The notes under the pieces were generated by a model that had not been told where the DNA came from, did not search any database, and saw only the letters and a program-made list of their open reading frames with translations. A program made the translations under genes and the position numbers. A stretch of DNA of 63,767 nucleotides, filler included, from Conidiobolus incongruus B7586 (taxonomy: Eukaryota), in NCBI GenBank assembly GCA_000697335.1. It is 12 parts of 12 records of this genome, joined end to end, with 100 filler letters (N's around TTAATTAATTAA, not from the genome) between each part and the next. Parts side by side here need not be neighbours in the genome. Positions count along the whole stretch, not along the records: positions 48,790 to 51,027 come from JNEM01006960.1; positions 51,128 to 57,166 come from JNEM01006964.1; positions 57,267 to 59,031 come from JNEM01006967.1; positions 59,132 to 61,892 come from JNEM01006968.1; positions 61,993 to 63,767 come from JNEM01006976.1; 7 more parts are not named here. The stretch is one strand, 5' to 3'. This document shows, piece by piece, positions 50,901 through 63,767 of this stretch. Position 1 is the first letter of the stretch; every line of letters begins with the position of its first letter.

Positions 50901-53900
50901 TAAAATTTTAAAATTTATATTTTAAGTGATTAATAACTAAATATCATTTTTAATGGTATATATTATTAATAAATGAAATAGATTTTAATTATTTAATTTA
51001 TGTTTATTTTATAAAATATTAATCAAGNNNNNNNNNNNNNNNNNNNNNNNNNNNNNNNNNNNNNNNNNNNNTTAATTAATTAANNNNNNNNNNNNNNNNN
51101 NNNNNNNNNNNNNNNNNNNNNNNNNNNATTATTATTATTTAATATTCAAAAACCAAATATATATAGAAATAAGAAAATATTATAGTTAAATATTAATATT
51201 AATAATAAATCATTTTATTAACTAAACTATTAAGAATAAATAATAATAATAAAATATATTTAAATTACTAAAAATTAATATTATTAACTAATATAAAAAA
51301 GTTTAATTAAATATTATATATATATTATAAATAATATTTATATATACAAAATAAATATTATTAAAGATCTGTTTCTTAAAGAGAATTAGTTTTTATTATC
51401 ATATCCATTATATTTATCAGATATAAATTTTTATTATTATGATTGTTTTATTAAATTAAAATTTGATATAAGAGAGATTTAATAATATTTCAATTATAAA
51501 TTTTAAAATTAAGGGGTAATTTTGAAGATATATTTAAAAATGCTTGATAAAGGATTTAAATAATTATAATAAACATGTAATTCTATTCAAGAACAAGGCA
51601 GATATTAATTGTTAAAATCATATTATTTTGCTTTAGCTTTATTTATTCCATTAAAATATATATTTAAATTAACAAACTCACTTTTTGAACCACTGTATAA
51701 TAATAGATAAAGGCAAAAATCGGAATTGTTTAGAGTGTTTAGAGATAACGTTATCAATGAAAAGTTTACAAGCCAATATATAAAAAAATGATTTTTTTTA
51801 TCATATGAAAATTTGAAAAAAGGTAAAGGAAATAATTGAACAGTGTTCAAAATATGGTATATAATCAATTAATAATAATTGTATTTGTCTAATAATTCAA
51901 GTTTTTAATTAATTGTCAATTGTAAAATTATAAATATCTTAATAAAAAGTATTAAAATCATATTAAGAACAATACTAAGAATGATAATGGATATTTGTTG
52001 AATCCATCAAACATTATTCAATTTTATGACAATTAATAAATAAAAATTTTTGCATCAATCATTGGGATAAACTAATAAAAATACTAATAATAGCACTATT
52101 CAAAAAATATACCTGGTCTATTTAGCTGGAATTAGTACTATCTTAAAAAATCAATCAGTTAAGCAAGAGTGTTATTATTATTATTTCCAATTAATCATGT
52201 CTTTTTTCATATCAAAAACATTTGCAATGTTAACAAAAGTTTAGCAATATTAAAAAATGAGACAGTTTTTTTCCGAATTATTAGATAAACAATATCCGAA
52301 TGGATTTTAATTTTTATAAATATAAATTATTTAACCATCATATGAAAAAATAAAAGAATTAAAATCGATTTTAAAATCTAAGAATTATTTATCAATTTTA
52401 ATATTTGATAATGAATTTCTATTAATAGCAATACGAATCAATTTTCCTATCTAGTAGTTATAATAGTAATTTACGGAAAATGCTAAAATTTCAAAATGCA
52501 TTAATAAATGCGTTAAAATTGATTTTTATTATTGAGCATTGCGATAATAAATTATGTTTCATTGTTAGTTTCTAGATTTCAAATATTGATTAATATTTGT
52601 AAAGGATAAATAGGATAATTCTTTTATATAAACACTATTACTAATATTTACAAAATATTTAATATCATAAAATTATCTATATAAACAACTTCAAGATGAG
52701 GCTCATATTGATTGAATTTAACAAAAGCAAAAATACAATCCCGAAAATTGAATAAGATAGAAAATCGTTCAGTCAACAAACCGTTTATTAAACCGATTCC
52801 AATTACCAAACTGAGTGGTAACTCTTAAGCACATATATTTGCATAATTAATAGAATCAATCACCCTTTAAATTTTTAAAACGTTTTTTTGGTTGACTAGT
52901 TTTAAATTTAAGGTTTATAAAAATCTTTCAAATTAAGTAATTTTTTTAGTTTATTTCCGTAATTTGTATTAGAATTTTATTAATTTATATATAAATTAAT
53001 TAAATTCATGTATTATATCCAAGAATATTTGAAGTTTGATCATTCTTGCAATAATATATATTTAATTATTATGTCTATCAAGGTAAATAAACCTATCCAT
53101 TACCCAACATGATTAAATCAAGTGATTCAGTATATTTTTTATCATTTATTGTTAATTTAATCTTCATTCTTGGTTTTTTGGTTTTATAACAATAATTAAA
53201 CATGAATGATTTAACAAGTTTTTTTATCTCTTCATTTATTCACTAGCTAATATTCATTCTAACCATATTTTTTTATTACAAACTTTATCATATCACCCAA
53301 AATTCAATTTATTTGGTTATGTATATATCAATAAATATTTAGCCAAAAATCAATTAATTATTCAAAGTTTTTAAATTTTATTTAATAAATTTAAATTCAA
53401 AAATTTATAATAATAATTATAGTAATAATAATGGAATAAGATTAAATTATATTAAATTAAATTATTGAATAATATTTTAAAAAAAAATTGCAAAATTTAT
53501 TATAATATGGCATTAGTACACTAATAACTCTAGATTATCTAGTAATAAATAAATTACCATAATTAATATTATAAATCAATTACATAATCTCCTGAAGGTG
53601 ACAGTTGTAAGAATTGATTGCATTGAAACTCTTAAGGTAAATAATATAATTGTGGAACTTTAGATTAAAGTTAATTTAAGTTTATTGCATTTATATAACT
53701 TATCAATTCCATTAAAATTTCATCATTAGAATCACTATCTAGCATTAATTATTCATTATTATTTTAGTGATCTGTGATGCATTTGAATCATATTGTTAAT
53801 TTATTATTATTATATCAGAAAAGAAATTATTTATTAACTGTAAAATCAAATTATTATTAAAATAAAATGTACAATATCAATTAATAACAATTAAACTTGA

Positions 53901-54424
53901 ATAAAAAATTATATCCTAATATTATATCATTGGATATTTAATTTTCATTATTAGAATGTAATTTTTTATTAATAAAATATTTAATAATAATAATAATAAT
54001 AATATAGTTCTGATTTGGTTTATCTTATTAAATTTTAAAAATTCACCGAATTTAGTAATTTAACCTTTGATAAAAATTTAGTTCGATTAATTTTAAAATT
54101 AAATGAAATTATTTATTATTTTTGATAAGTATACGTTTGGTTAAATACAAGTTGGTCCAATAATTCGAGCCCATGGTTATATAGCGTGCATATTTTTTAA
54201 TAATGATAACAAGATGAGATAAGTCTAGTGATTATTTAAGTATGTAGATAGACTGGGGTAATTTGGCCCACAAAAAGGAGGAGGATGAGGAAATAAGGAA
54301 TGATCCACTTCTCGTAGTAAAGTTTTCCTTTCCACTGTCAGAACCAGATTGGCGTCCAAATGACCCTTGATAGCGGCTAGATCGCTTTCTTGTTAAATAA
54401 ATATTGCATATGTATTGATTTGGC

Positions 54425-55219
54425 TCAATCCATCGACATCGATTCTCTTCTGCTCGATCCATTGTGCTGAATATTAGCGAGCTGAAGTTGAAGTCGGAGC
54501 TTTTCTATTTCGAGCTCTTTCTCTCTGTTCATAAATTCTAGTCTTTTGAGCTCGACTTCCATCTCTTTGTCAAGCTTGTATTTTTGGTATTCGAGTTGAG
54601 TCCAGTGATGACAATTGCATGGTGTTTTGGGGGATGCGGCGGATGGCATTGTGGGGGAGGTTGCTGTTGCGTGATGACGCACAGCAGGGTCTGAAGCAGC
54701 ATGAGATGGGGAATGATGTCCTCCTAGGCCTGGATAGGCCAAATGACCGTATTTTTCAAAAAATTGGTCGGCCACATAGTCTGATTCATTCTTAGGTCTG
54801 GGAATGGCTGAAGGGATGTTGCGCTTCTCCCACTTCTTCTTTTGTTCTTCGAATTTGTTCTTGCATTGGACAGGACTGAGTCCTACGCGGCGTGCGGCTA
54901 ACTTCCAAACTTGAGACTTTTTGCCCTTAGAAAAGGTCTCAAAGTGATCTACAATGCACTGGAATAATTTATGTGTCATCTCTTCTGTCCATAGCTTGTT
55001 AGGACGAAGTGTGAATTTGAGATTGGAACCATTGAAATGGTTAGAGGGAACCGGGGGAGGGCTGAGAGTTTGAATGGGAGGCAATGTGAAGGGCGATTCT
55101 GGAAGCTGAAGACGGTGTTTCTCCATACTGACAACGGGAGAGACACCAGTGTGAGACAAGGGATTCAAGGGCCCATGGACTTTATTGGCCGAGATTGGAT
55201 TAGAATTCATGGCTAGCAT
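54425..55219 (-). CDS. Myb/SANT-like (trihelix/MADF-type) DNA-binding protein with C-terminal coiled coil
   Basis: WTEEMTHKL...VWKLAARRVGLSPVQCKNKFEEQKKKW has the W..W..C-K-N-K pattern. Pro-rich N-terminus and an ELEIEKLRLQL coiled coil. Confidence 0.8.
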   Translation of the reverse strand: MLAMNSNPISANKVHGPLNPLSHTGVSPVVSMEKHRLQLPESPFTLPPIQTLSPPPVPSNHFNGSNLKFTLRPNKLWTEEMTHKLFQCIVDHFETFSKGKKSQVWKLAARRVGLSPVQCKNKFEEQKKKWEKRNIPSAIPRPKNESDYVADQFFEKYGHLAYPGLGGHHSPSHAASDPAVRHHATATSPTMPSAASPKTPCNCHHWTQLEYQKYKLDKEMEVELKRLEFMNREKELEIEKLRLQLQLANIQHNGSSRRESMSMD

Positions 55220-57796
55220 CTGAGTGTAAAGTGGTATGGTGAAAGAAAATAAAAAGGGATTAGGTGGCGACTAAGGTTAATTTATAGTGTTTTAATCTTT
55301 CTATTTGATAATAAACTGCTGAGATAGCAGTGATGGAGGGTGGTAAGGGGTTAGATATGGTTATTTTCATTTTCACGTGTCGAACAGTGCAACATTTTAG
55401 TAACAAGATTGAATTTAAAAACAGCTGCTTGTTGATGAAATTTTCATTTTGAATGGATTTTCTACCGTTGGGGGTGGAATGTTAGTCTAAATTCAATTTG
55501 TATTTTATTGGATAATTTCCCTTGACTAATCCAATTATCATACATTAAAGTTTTCATTTGATGACCAGTTTGTTGAAAATTTTCGGGTGTTATGTTTAAA
55601 TGGATAAAGTTTTATATCGTTTTCATTTGATGGATCATTTACAATTTAGACCAAATAAGATCATATCGCTATTAGGTAATTAATTAATACAGTCTAATGT
55701 ACGTCAATATTATTAATTAATTACTAATCTCTGTTCTATTATATAAGATAAGATAAACTAAATGTGCTGAATAAATCTATGTAGTTTTGAAATGATTCTG
55801 ATTCTGAAATTAAATTCCGATTTTCCAAATGAGAAAATAGGAATGATCAGGTGAATGGAGGAATTCTTGAGTAAGTGATTAAATCGCCTATAATACCGCT
55901 TGCTTCTCCAATCCTAAGAGGTTGGTGTAGTACCTGATTGTATCAATGAGAATTCAATAGCTTTAATCCATCATAGACCTAATCAAATGATTGATTGTGT
56001 CTCCATTGTATTACAGTTGATACTTATTCAGCAAGTTTGAAGCAAATTTCATCTTATATACCATAGATAGCATCATGATATTAATATTTCATCAGATTCT
56101 TTAGCAGTCATAATACAACTAATACATTGTGTATTATATATATTACTTTAAGCCGATTTAAAAGAATTCATTGAACTGATCACTCAGAGTTAAATATTAC
56201 TTTATACACTATTAATTCATTTTTAATAATTTTTAAGAAAACTAAAATTCTAAAGTTATAATTAAAATTCTCAAGTAATAAACTGTAATTATATTTAGAA
56301 ATAAAAAATGCGGAGGTAAAAAAAGATTTGTTGATGATAATTATTAAATCAACAAAATCCATCTTCTTGTCAAAGAAATATTTGCTAGTGCAACTTTAAA
56401 ATGTTTATTAACAAATTTTTAAAGAAATTTTACCTTATGAATAATCTGTGATTGGTGAATTATAGTAATATAATTTGATTCATTGGGCTATTGTTATAGT
56501 AATAAACACAATAAGAGTTCTTTTAAACTCTATTCATACTAATCACTTAGTAATACAATAAATTAAATTAAAGTTGAATAATCTAATAATTAATAATTAA
56601 TTACTAGATTTTATATCATAATTAATATTAAATAGGAATAAGTGTATATAAACTTTCGATTGAGGTTATTATATCCAACATATTTGAATATTTCCATTAA
56701 TTCATTCGACAATCATTTGAAAATTAATTATTAAAATTAGTTTGTAGATTAAAAATATAGTATATATATATATATATATCATTTTCATATAGTATATCAA
56801 TTATATTTCAAATTTAAATTTCACCGAATATTTGAAGATGATTATAAATTAAAAATATTGGATTATTGCTGATCTAAAAGATAAGTGTTGTGTTTGATAG
56901 AATGTAATACTTATAATTATACATTAACAAGAACAAGAAATGCAAATAACAATATTAATTGCTCATTATTTGTATATCTTCAATTAAATTCCATTTTTCT
57001 AAAAATCAATTAATTATAAATTTTTCTTTATATTTTAAATAATAAGACTTATTTAAATTAGATTTAAATAAAATATTTAATATATAATTTATTAAAATAA
57101 ATTTATAATATAAAGTTAACATTTTTATTATTATTAATAACTCTTTTGATATATTTATATATTAACNNNNNNNNNNNNNNNNNNNNNNNNNNNNNNNNNN
57201 NNNNNNNNNNTTAATTAATTAANNNNNNNNNNNNNNNNNNNNNNNNNNNNNNNNNNNNNNNNNNNNATATATATAGAACTTTAATTTAAAAAATTAATTT
57301 TTAATTATTTAATATTCAAATATATTTCAATATATTTAAATTATATTATAATTATTAAAAATCTTTTATTTTAGAATTATTAAGATATAACCATATATTT
57401 TTTAAAATTAGTAAGGATTTATAATTAAATTAAAAAAAATTATTTAATTCAAAATTAACATATATTATTAAATTTTTTGAAAATAAACAAAATAAGATAT
57501 TAATTAATATTTATAAAATTTCTAAAATTAATATATATATTTCTTTTGTATTAAATAATAAATTATATAGATAATATTAAAAGATATTATTTAATATAGT
57601 TTAAAAACTATTATATAAGCTTAATATAATTTAAAAATTAACTTTATTTATATATAAATATAAATTATTGAAATATTAGAATAATAAATAATAATATAAT
57701 AAATCTTTAAAAAATTAAATAATTATAATTAGATAAAACTTATATTAATATAATTCTATTTGGATTTTATATTATATTAATTTATTTTATTAAATA

Positions 57797-59031
57797 TTAC
57801 CTTGAATTTGAAATAATATGAAATTTTTTAATTTCTGATTCTTCAAATATATTATTAGTTTAAAATAAATAAATATATATAAAGTTAATAAAAAATTATA
57901 TATTTCTAATATATATATATATATATAATAATTTATTGATTAAAAAATTAACTTTTTAAAATTAATTATTTAATTTAATTATGTTTTAACTAAATAATAA
58001 GTATCAAAAGTCTTTTATTTTAATATTAGTTAAATTTAATCATAAGCCTTTTAAAATTATTTAAAATTTACAAATAATTTTTAATAATGAAGTATTATTT
58101 AAATCAATAATTTATAGCTTGGTAAATTACTTTAAGGTTAAAAAAAAACTATCCAAAACTTGTTAAAATCTAAAAGATTAATTTTGTTTATTTCTCTTTT
58201 AATTATTAACAAAATAAAGAAATATATTGAAAAGCACCTTTTATTTTAGTTAAAGTATTATCTATACACTTTAATATTAGTTTTATAAATATTATATATT
58301 TATTAGTATTTAGACTTAAATTAATAAATAAAAATATAAAATAAGTACCTTATAATTTAATTAAAGCTTAAAAAAACTAAAATAGTTATTATTAAATAAA
58401 ACTTAGTAAAATATTACTAAAAGGTTAAATTTTTATAATAAATAATTACAATTAATGAATCTTAAATCTTTATATATAATCATTTATTAAAACACAAATT
58501 AAAATGTTAGATTAAGTTAAATCAACCTTTTCTATAAATTCTTTTAAATAAATATTTTATTAATTAACAAAAGTTAATTATTATAATAAATTGTAATAGT
58601 ATAAACTATTTTTATTTAGTTCCTGATAGAAAATCAATTAGTAGTAAACTTTATATTTTTTTTAAATAAATGTATTTTTAATTAGTGTTTTCAATATAAT
58701 TTAAAAAAACTTATTATTTTATTTGATAATTATAAAATATATAAACTTAAAGCTATAAAAAACTTTCTAATTAAAAATAACTGGAAAAAACTACTATATC
58801 TAATATATTATTTAGATTATAACCTATATAATTATAATTGCTTTAAACAAATAAAAAACCAGCTTTTAAAAAAGAAAATTTCTATAAAAAATTTAATTAG
58901 TTAATAAAATATCAAATTTCACTCTTTAATAACAAGAACTATTTTTTAAATATTAGAACTTTACTAAAAATTATATTAAAAAGTTATTAATTATAAAAAA
59001 AAATATTAAATTTATATTTTATATTTATTTC
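57797..59031 (+). mobile_element. Degenerate mariner, nearly full length (3' TIR in gap)
   Basis: TA followed by TIR ttaccttgaatttgaaataat. Collinear with 14354-15600 and the most AT-shifted of the long copies. Confidence 0.9.
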
Positions 59032-59131
59032 NNNNNNNNNNNNNNNNNNNNNNNNNNNNNNNNNNNNNNNNNNNNTTAATTAATTAANNNNNNNNNNNNN
59101 NNNNNNNNNNNNNNNNNNNNNNNNNNNNNNN

Positions 59132-60599
59132 TATTATATTTATTAGTTATATATATCATTAAATGATGATATTTAGCTATTAATTAGTTAAAATATAAAC
59201 CTTTAAATTTTACCTAAAGTAAGTTATAAATTTATAGGTTTTTAGTGATAAAAAAAATTAAAACCTAGTGTATTTACCTTTAGCTTTTCTAACTTCTTTA
59301 AGTTTGTAGGGTATAGAATCAACTAACTTCTTATACTAAAAAGGGTTAATTTTGTTCTATGTTTCTTAAACATATTTTTAAAGTTGATCTAAATTTTTTG
59401 CTGGGGGGAAAGCTTTAATAGCTTTTTTTAACTAATCCTAAAGGTGTTCAATTAGATTAAAGTTAAAAAATTGAAGAAGCTACTTTATAACTGTTATCTT
59501 GTTATTTTTAAGTTATTTGGTAGTAGAAGCTATAGTATAACAAAAAGTATTATCTTACTAGAAAATAACATTAGATTTATTTAACCTATATTATTCAATG
59601 GTTTTTTTCAATTCATTGTTTAGAATACTTTAGTATATTTTAATATTAATTCCCCTATTAATTTTACAAAGATATTTTACACCTAAAAACAACATATATC
59701 CCTAAATAATAATTTACCCACCATTATATTTTTAAGTAGAATTAATATAATAGTTATAAAGTAGTTCTGTATTTTTTCTGAAATATCTAGCTTTTTTATT
59801 AAATCTACTAAAGTATATTTTTGTTTCATTAGATTAAATAACCTTATTCTAATTAGTTTTAGTTTAATATTAGTAGCAATATTTAAACTCTTGCCTAGCT
59901 TTATAGTGGGATTTCTTTAGTTAAAGGTGTTTTTTCTTAAAATGTAAGTGGTATCTATGTTAATATAAAGTATATATAATAATATTAGTGTTAACCAATA
60001 TTCTTATATAGTTTTATAGTTCCTGTTGTATTTCTACAGTAATACCACACTTGCCTGTATTAACCAACCTACAGATATACTTCTTATTATGTTTATCTAT
60101 AATCCTAGCACACTTAAATTTAAGTTTAAATGTTTTTTTATTGTGATTTTTAATAACTTTAACTATAATAAACTAGCTAACACTAGTAATTCTAACAATA
60201 TTACAAGTTGATTTACCTTTTTTATAAAGTTAATTGATATATAAGTGGATTTTTTTAGAGAGGGATTTAGGTATAATGATACTTATAAAAAAAATTTAGT
60301 ATATCTATAAAATATTATATAAAATAATAACAAAGAGAGAAAAAAAATATGGTTATATATTGTTAAATATATCCCCTTATCTCAAAAACCCACAAATTTA
60401 TAACTCAACTTAATTAAATATTAAGGGTTAATATTTTTGCTAATAGTTTACTAAATATATCTAAATATATTTATTTATTATTAAATCATATACCTTAATT
60501 ATATATTATAGTTTCAAGTAATCTAATATATACAATTGTTTTAGTTATTAATTAAAAATATATATTTTTGATTTTATGACTTACTTTTGTGGTTTAGTG
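59132..60599 (-). mobile_element. Degenerate Tc1-like (DD34E) transposon, best-preserved copy
   Basis: Minus-strand remnants *SNETKI, F**DNTFCY and NFNLIEHL* back-mutate by transitions to WSDETKI, FQQDNA-CH and DLNPIEHLW. TA at 60600-01. Confidence 0.85.
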
Positions 60600-61992
60600 T
60601 ATAAGGTTTTTTTTCTTTTAATTTTTACTATCTTTTATTTTTTATATTACTTTTAAAATTCAAATTATAATATATTATTATTATATTATATTAATATTAA
60701 TTGATATAAATCTTAATATATTAGTGATTTATTCTAATTTAAAGCTTAACTAAACTTTCTTTATATTTATATATTATATTTATGTTATCTTATTATTCTT
60801 TTATTTTATATTATTTTTATATTAAGTTTTATTTTATATTATATTATTTCAATTACCATTTTGCTTATATATTAAAAATATTAAAATTATTAGAATTTTA
60901 TTAGAAAATTAATAATTATTCATATTAACTTTATTTAGTATTATTTTAAATTTTATTTATAATTTATTTTATATAAATTTAATATTATTTATTATAATAA
61001 TATTAAAAAAAATCCTTATATTATTTTAATAATGATAGTAATTTAATTACAAAGTAAATTTAAGATTTCAATTTTTAAAAACTTATTATTTTTTAAAAAA
61101 CTTATATTAAACTATTGTTGATTAAAAAAATATAACTCAAAAATCTTAAATTTAACAAACTAATTATTTCATTATTATTAATATATTAAATAATTTTTTT
61201 AATATTTTTAAATATAAATTAATTACTTATAATTACTTTAACAACTTTTATAAGCTTGAAAATTATTTTAAATTATAAAGAATAATCTTAATTCAATTTT
61301 TAATAAAGATTTAAAAAAATCTTTAAATTAATTATTTTTTGAATAATTTATATATACTTAGTAATTAACTTATTAAACTTATTCTTAAAAAATCTTTAGG
61401 GTGATAATTTATTATAAGAATATAGATTTTTAAATAATTAGAAGAAGCTTTTAAAAAATGATATTATTTAAAGAATTAAGTGTATTTAATAAAAAAAATG
61501 CTTTTTTTACTTAATTAAACATTTTTACAAACTAATTAATTCCAAAATTGAATAAAATATACTATAATATATTAAAAATCACTAAAGAAAAATAAATCTA
61601 CAAGTTATCACAATATCTTAATCCTTAAATAAAGCTTTAATTAATTAATAAAATATATTTTATTAATATGTTTTTTATATTATTTATAATATAGCAATTA
61701 TAATTAATAATATTTTTTATTTTATAATTAAATTGTCTTATTTAAAAATTAATTTTTAAAACTTACTTTAACCTACTTAAATATCAAATAATAAATGTTT
61801 TAATTTTAAAGCTTTATAAGAAAACTTTTAGTGAAAAAGTTAAAATATATTAAACAATTAATAAAAGTTGCTATTATCGATAAAATACTTAANNNNNNNN
61901 NNNNNNNNNNNNNNNNNNNNNNNNNNNNNNNNNNNNTTAATTAATTAANNNNNNNNNNNNNNNNNNNNNNNNNNNNNNNNNNNNNNNNNNNN

Positions 61993-63050
61993 TAAAGCAA
62001 TTATAATCACATGGGTTATAATCAAGGGAATATACTGGATATGGTAGTTCTTTCTAGTTATTTTTAATTAGAAAGTTTTTTACAGCTTTAGATATATAGA
62101 TTTTGCAATTATCATGCAAAATAATAGGTCTTCTCAAATTATATTGAGAACACCAATTAGAAATACTTTTATTTAAAAAAGCAATATATAGTTTACTATT
62201 AATTGATTTTCCTTCAGGAACTAAATAAGAATACCATATAACATTATAATCCATTGCAATAATTAACTTTCACTTATTAACAAAATGCTTATTTAAAGGG
62301 ATTTGTGGAGGGGGTTGATTTAACTTAATCTAGCATCTTGATTTGTGTTTTAGTAAAGGATTATACATAAGGATCCAAGATTCATCAATTGTAATTATTC
62401 ACTGTAAAAGTCTAGGCTTCTGGTAATATTTTAATAGGTTTTGTTTAACAATAGCTACTCTAGCTTTTTTTAAGCTTTAGTTAAATTATAAAGTACCTAT
62501 TTTGCATTTTTATTTATTAATTTTAGTTTATACTTTAAAATATATAAGATACTTATAAAACTAATATTAAAGTGCTTAGATAATTCTCTAGCTGAAATAA
62601 AAGGGTGCTTTTCAATATATTTTTTTACTTTATTTACAATTGAAAGAGTGACAGTTAAAGTTGGTTTTCTAGATTTTGGCAGGTTTTGAATAGTTTCTCT
62701 CCTAGCCTTAAAGTAATTTACCCAGGAATAAATTGTTGATTTAGATAATACTTCATTACCAAAAGCTGCTTGTAAATTTTTGAATAATTTTAAAGGGTTT
62801 ATGGTTAAGTTTTACTGATACCAAAATAAAAAACTTTTGATGATCACTATTTGGTTTAAGTATAATTAAATTAAACAACCAATTTTAAAAAGTTAATTTT
62901 TTAATCAAAAAAACTAATATATATATATATATATATATTAAAAATATATAATTTCCTATTAACTTTGTATATATTTATTCATTTCAAACTAATAATATGT
63001 TTGAAAAATTAGAAATTAAAAAATTTCCCATTATTTCAAATTCAAGGTAA
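61993..63050 (-). mobile_element. Degenerate mariner, best-preserved copy (3' end in gap)
   Basis: TIR plus TA at 63051-52. Reads AAFGNEVLSKSTIYSWV, ITIDESWI, ILHDNCK and PYPVYSLDYNPCDY. Confidence 0.92.
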
Positions 63051-63767
63051 TAATTCAAAAAATATAAATTTCTTTAACCTTAATATTTTATTATTTATTC
63101 AAAATATATAGTATAATGAAAATAATTAATTTAGGTAATTTATCTCTTATATTATTTCAGTTTAGTAATAAAGTTTTATTCTTAATAATTTCTGAGATTA
63201 AAATATATTTATCATTATATAGATTTTAACCACTTTTAACCATATATTTAAATAGAATAACAGATCTTTATTAATAAAAAAATGTTTAATATATATATTT
63301 TTATGTAATTTTTAAAAATCGTTTTTAAAGTTTAATATCATTTTAAGGATAAATGATATATAAACTTTAATTATAAATATATATTACAAAAACTATAATT
63401 TTTAGTTTAATAATATATTAAAATAATATTCCACTTATAAGTTTGAAAATATTAATAAAATAACTTATTATATTTTAAAAAAAATAATCATTAACTATTA
63501 TTTTATTAAAGTTAATAGATAAAATATTAATAATTAAATAATAAATACATATATACTCTTATAAATTATTAAAGGTTTTAATTAATATTTTAAGTTGATT
63601 TTTATTTATAATAATAAAATTATTTGTTATAATTATAGAGTTGATATTAAACAAAGCATTTTATAGTTTTAGTATATGATATTATAGATATTTTATAATT
63701 AATTTTATCAGATTTTTTTAGAATATAAAAGAATTAATTATTTCATTTTTTAAAATAATAGTTATAG

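Noticed and set aside
1..63767. tRNA, rRNA, CRISPR array, prokaryotic operon
   Set aside because: No cloverleaf or T-loop motifs, rRNA-like tracts or repeat-spacer arrays seen. The sequence is intron-containing eukaryotic DNA.

Overview
Very AT-rich eukaryotic scaffold from a fungus. The short GT-AG introns, Zn2Cys6 factors and gene set suggest an early-diverging lineage, plausibly Conidiobolus-like Entomophthoromycotina (inference only). Eleven 100-nt gaps (N44-TTAATTAATTAA-N44) are artificial spacers. Genes: CCT5; a SAM mitochondrial carrier; an IQGAP whose middle is lost in a gap; a Coa2-like small protein; two paralogous Zn2Cys6 factors plus a pseudogene; a CENP-B/pogo-type HTH protein lacking a DDE domain; an MTRFR/C12orf65-like GGQ factor; two tandem CAP/PR-1 secreted proteins; an Ime2/MAK-like kinase; and a Myb/SANT-like protein. 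The intergenic DNA holds two dead DNA-transposon families that the ORF track largely misses. One is a ~1.3 kb DD34D mariner (six copies or fragments) and the other a DD34E Tc1-like element with long TIRs (four). They nest into one another. All copies carry dense C>T and G>A transitions, often CpA>TpA, which resembles RIP-like genome defence. The main candidates for novelty are this repeat hypermutation, an animal-type mariner in a fungus, and an unmutated 372-bp near-identical tract shared by the CAP paralogs. All alignments were done by eye.
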